Shown here piece after piece: positions 5,738 through 6,290 of a DNA stretch of 6,290 nucleotides. Source of the DNA: Nitrososphaerota archaeon (GTDB lineage Archaea; Thermoproteota; Nitrososphaeria; Nitrososphaerales; UBA57). The position numbers and the translations under genes were made by a program. Position 1 is the first letter of the stretch. The number at the start of each line of letters is the position of its first letter. The notes under the pieces were generated by a model. It was given only the letters and a program-made list of their open reading frames with translations. It was not told the DNA's origin and did no database searches. The DNA is taken from positions 1 through 6,290 of the forward strand of contig JACAFS010000054.1 in assembly GCA_013378385.1 (NCBI GenBank), given 5' to 3'.

Positions 5738-6290
5738 TCATGTAACCAGCGTCCTGTACACACCCTTGACTACTTCGGTAATCAAATGATGCTTGGCATC
5801 TTCCATGCTGGTTACAACGGTCCAGTTTTTTCTGGGCCCGAACATCATAGTCATGTGTCGGTCGATTTCCTGTCTATATGCAGTTGATCTTGCATGGGTA
5901 TACACTTTCGGAGAATCGGAAATTTGAATTCCGTATACCCTGGTTCCTGTCAGGAATGAATATTCCACTGCAGTCCTGGTCGCTTTGAGACAGTCAAACA
6001 TATTTGGTGGGAGACGAGTACTTCCAGAGGTCCTCCCTCCAAGATATCCAGAATTAAGTCTTCCGTCCTTCCCTATATCAGCGCCGTCGTAAGGCATTCC
6101 ATCACTAAGAATAATCATGAGTTTTTTTCCCGAGGAACCGCGCATTTTATACGCAACATGTGCGATGGCATTCCATGTGTGCGTGAAAGGTGCACGATCC
6201 CAATCAGTATCTATAGTGTCCAACCTCGAATAATCTACCTCAATCACAGGAGTCAGCCTTTCCGGGTTTTTGTTTAGATCGTATCCAGAA
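5738..6290 (-). CDS. C-terminal part of a von Willebrand factor A (VWA) domain protein, CobT/NorD-like. The 5' end lies beyond the right edge of the window.
   Basis: The minus-strand frame stays open from the stop at 5738-5740 to the window edge. I translated 6289-6248 as SGYDLNKNPERLTP with no stop, so the GTG at 6247 in the ORF track is probably not the true start. KKLMIILSDGMPYD is the classic VWA beta-strand plus MIDAS Asp motif ((I/L)(I/L)(L/V)xSDGxPxD). A variable insert follows, then TRVYGIQISD (compare GIxVxxIGIG) and a C-terminal helix. This layout resembles the C-terminal VWA of CobT/NorD-type proteins. The N-terminal DxSxS MIDAS part is outside the window. Confidence 0.7.
   Translation of the reverse strand, partial: SGYDLNKNPERLTPVIEVDYSRLDTIDTDWDRAPFTHTWNAIAHVAYKMRGSSGKKLMIILSDGMPYDGADIGKDGRLNSGYLGGRTSGSTRLPPNMFDCLKATRTAVEYSFLTGTRVYGIQISDSPKVYTHARSTAYRQEIDRHMTMMFGPRKNWTVVTSMEDAKHHLITEVVKGVYRTLVT

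Noticed and set aside
5669-5887. 72-aa plus-strand ORF considered as a genuine protein-coding gene
   Set aside because: It overlaps the VWA coding region antisense for 150 nt. Its product is Ser/His-rich without clear secondary-structure periodicity, and a T6 tract at 5826-5831 would terminate transcription before the ORF ends. It is kept only as a possible non-coding antisense transcript (see findings).
6245-6247. GTG at 6247 as the start codon of the VWA gene, as implied by the ORF track
   Set aside because: The reading frame stays open upstream to the window edge (...SGYDLNKNPERLTP-VIEVDY...). A VWA domain also needs its N-terminal DxSxS strand, which is missing. The gene is truncated by the window and does not start here.
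1-6290. Scan for CRISPR arrays, IS elements or terminal inverted repeats, integrase/att sites, rRNA/tRNA genes, and toxin-antitoxin or defence-gene hallmarks
   Set aside because: There are no regularly spaced 25-40-nt repeats. No ORF has transposase, integrase or nuclease motifs that I can recognise. There are no long inverted or direct repeats beyond the 18-26-nt module at 5543-5646. Nothing supports these calls.

Overview
The window is gene-dense and AT-rich, roughly 28-35% GC over positions 1-5000 from hand counts of sampled 60-nt rows. It looks archaeal: an archaeal/eukaryote-type IleRS, ATA-Ile and AGR-Arg codon use, A/T-rich TATA-like boxes about 25-30 nt upstream of start codons, and oligo-T tracts just after stop codons. 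Any finer lineage guess, such as a low-GC Nitrososphaeria-like archaeon, is inference only. From left to right the window contains five coding regions. (1) 1-270 (+): the 3' end of a PQQ-dependent sugar dehydrogenase-like beta-propeller gene. (2) 273-1826 (+): a ~14-TM MOP/Wzx-type polysaccharide flippase, 2 nt downstream of gene 1. (3) 1816-5001 (-): a complete isoleucyl-tRNA synthetase whose 3' end overlaps the flippase 3' end by 11 bp. (4) 5076-5423 (+): a 115-aa acidic orphan protein, divergent from ileS. (5) 5738-6290 (-): the C-terminal part of a CobT/NorD-like von Willebrand A (VWA) protein that runs off the right edge. I see no CRISPR array, transposase, integrase, tRNA/rRNA or recognisable defence or toxin-antitoxin genes, and I cannot honestly claim a clear novel multi-gene system. 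The most unusual part is the right-hand ~1.2 kb. It has much higher GC and GC3 than the ileS side. It holds the orphan gene and a 314-bp spacer between convergent genes. That spacer carries a duplicated promoter-like module aimed antisense into the 3' end of the VWA gene. The expected AAA+ partner of the VWA protein would lie outside the window.
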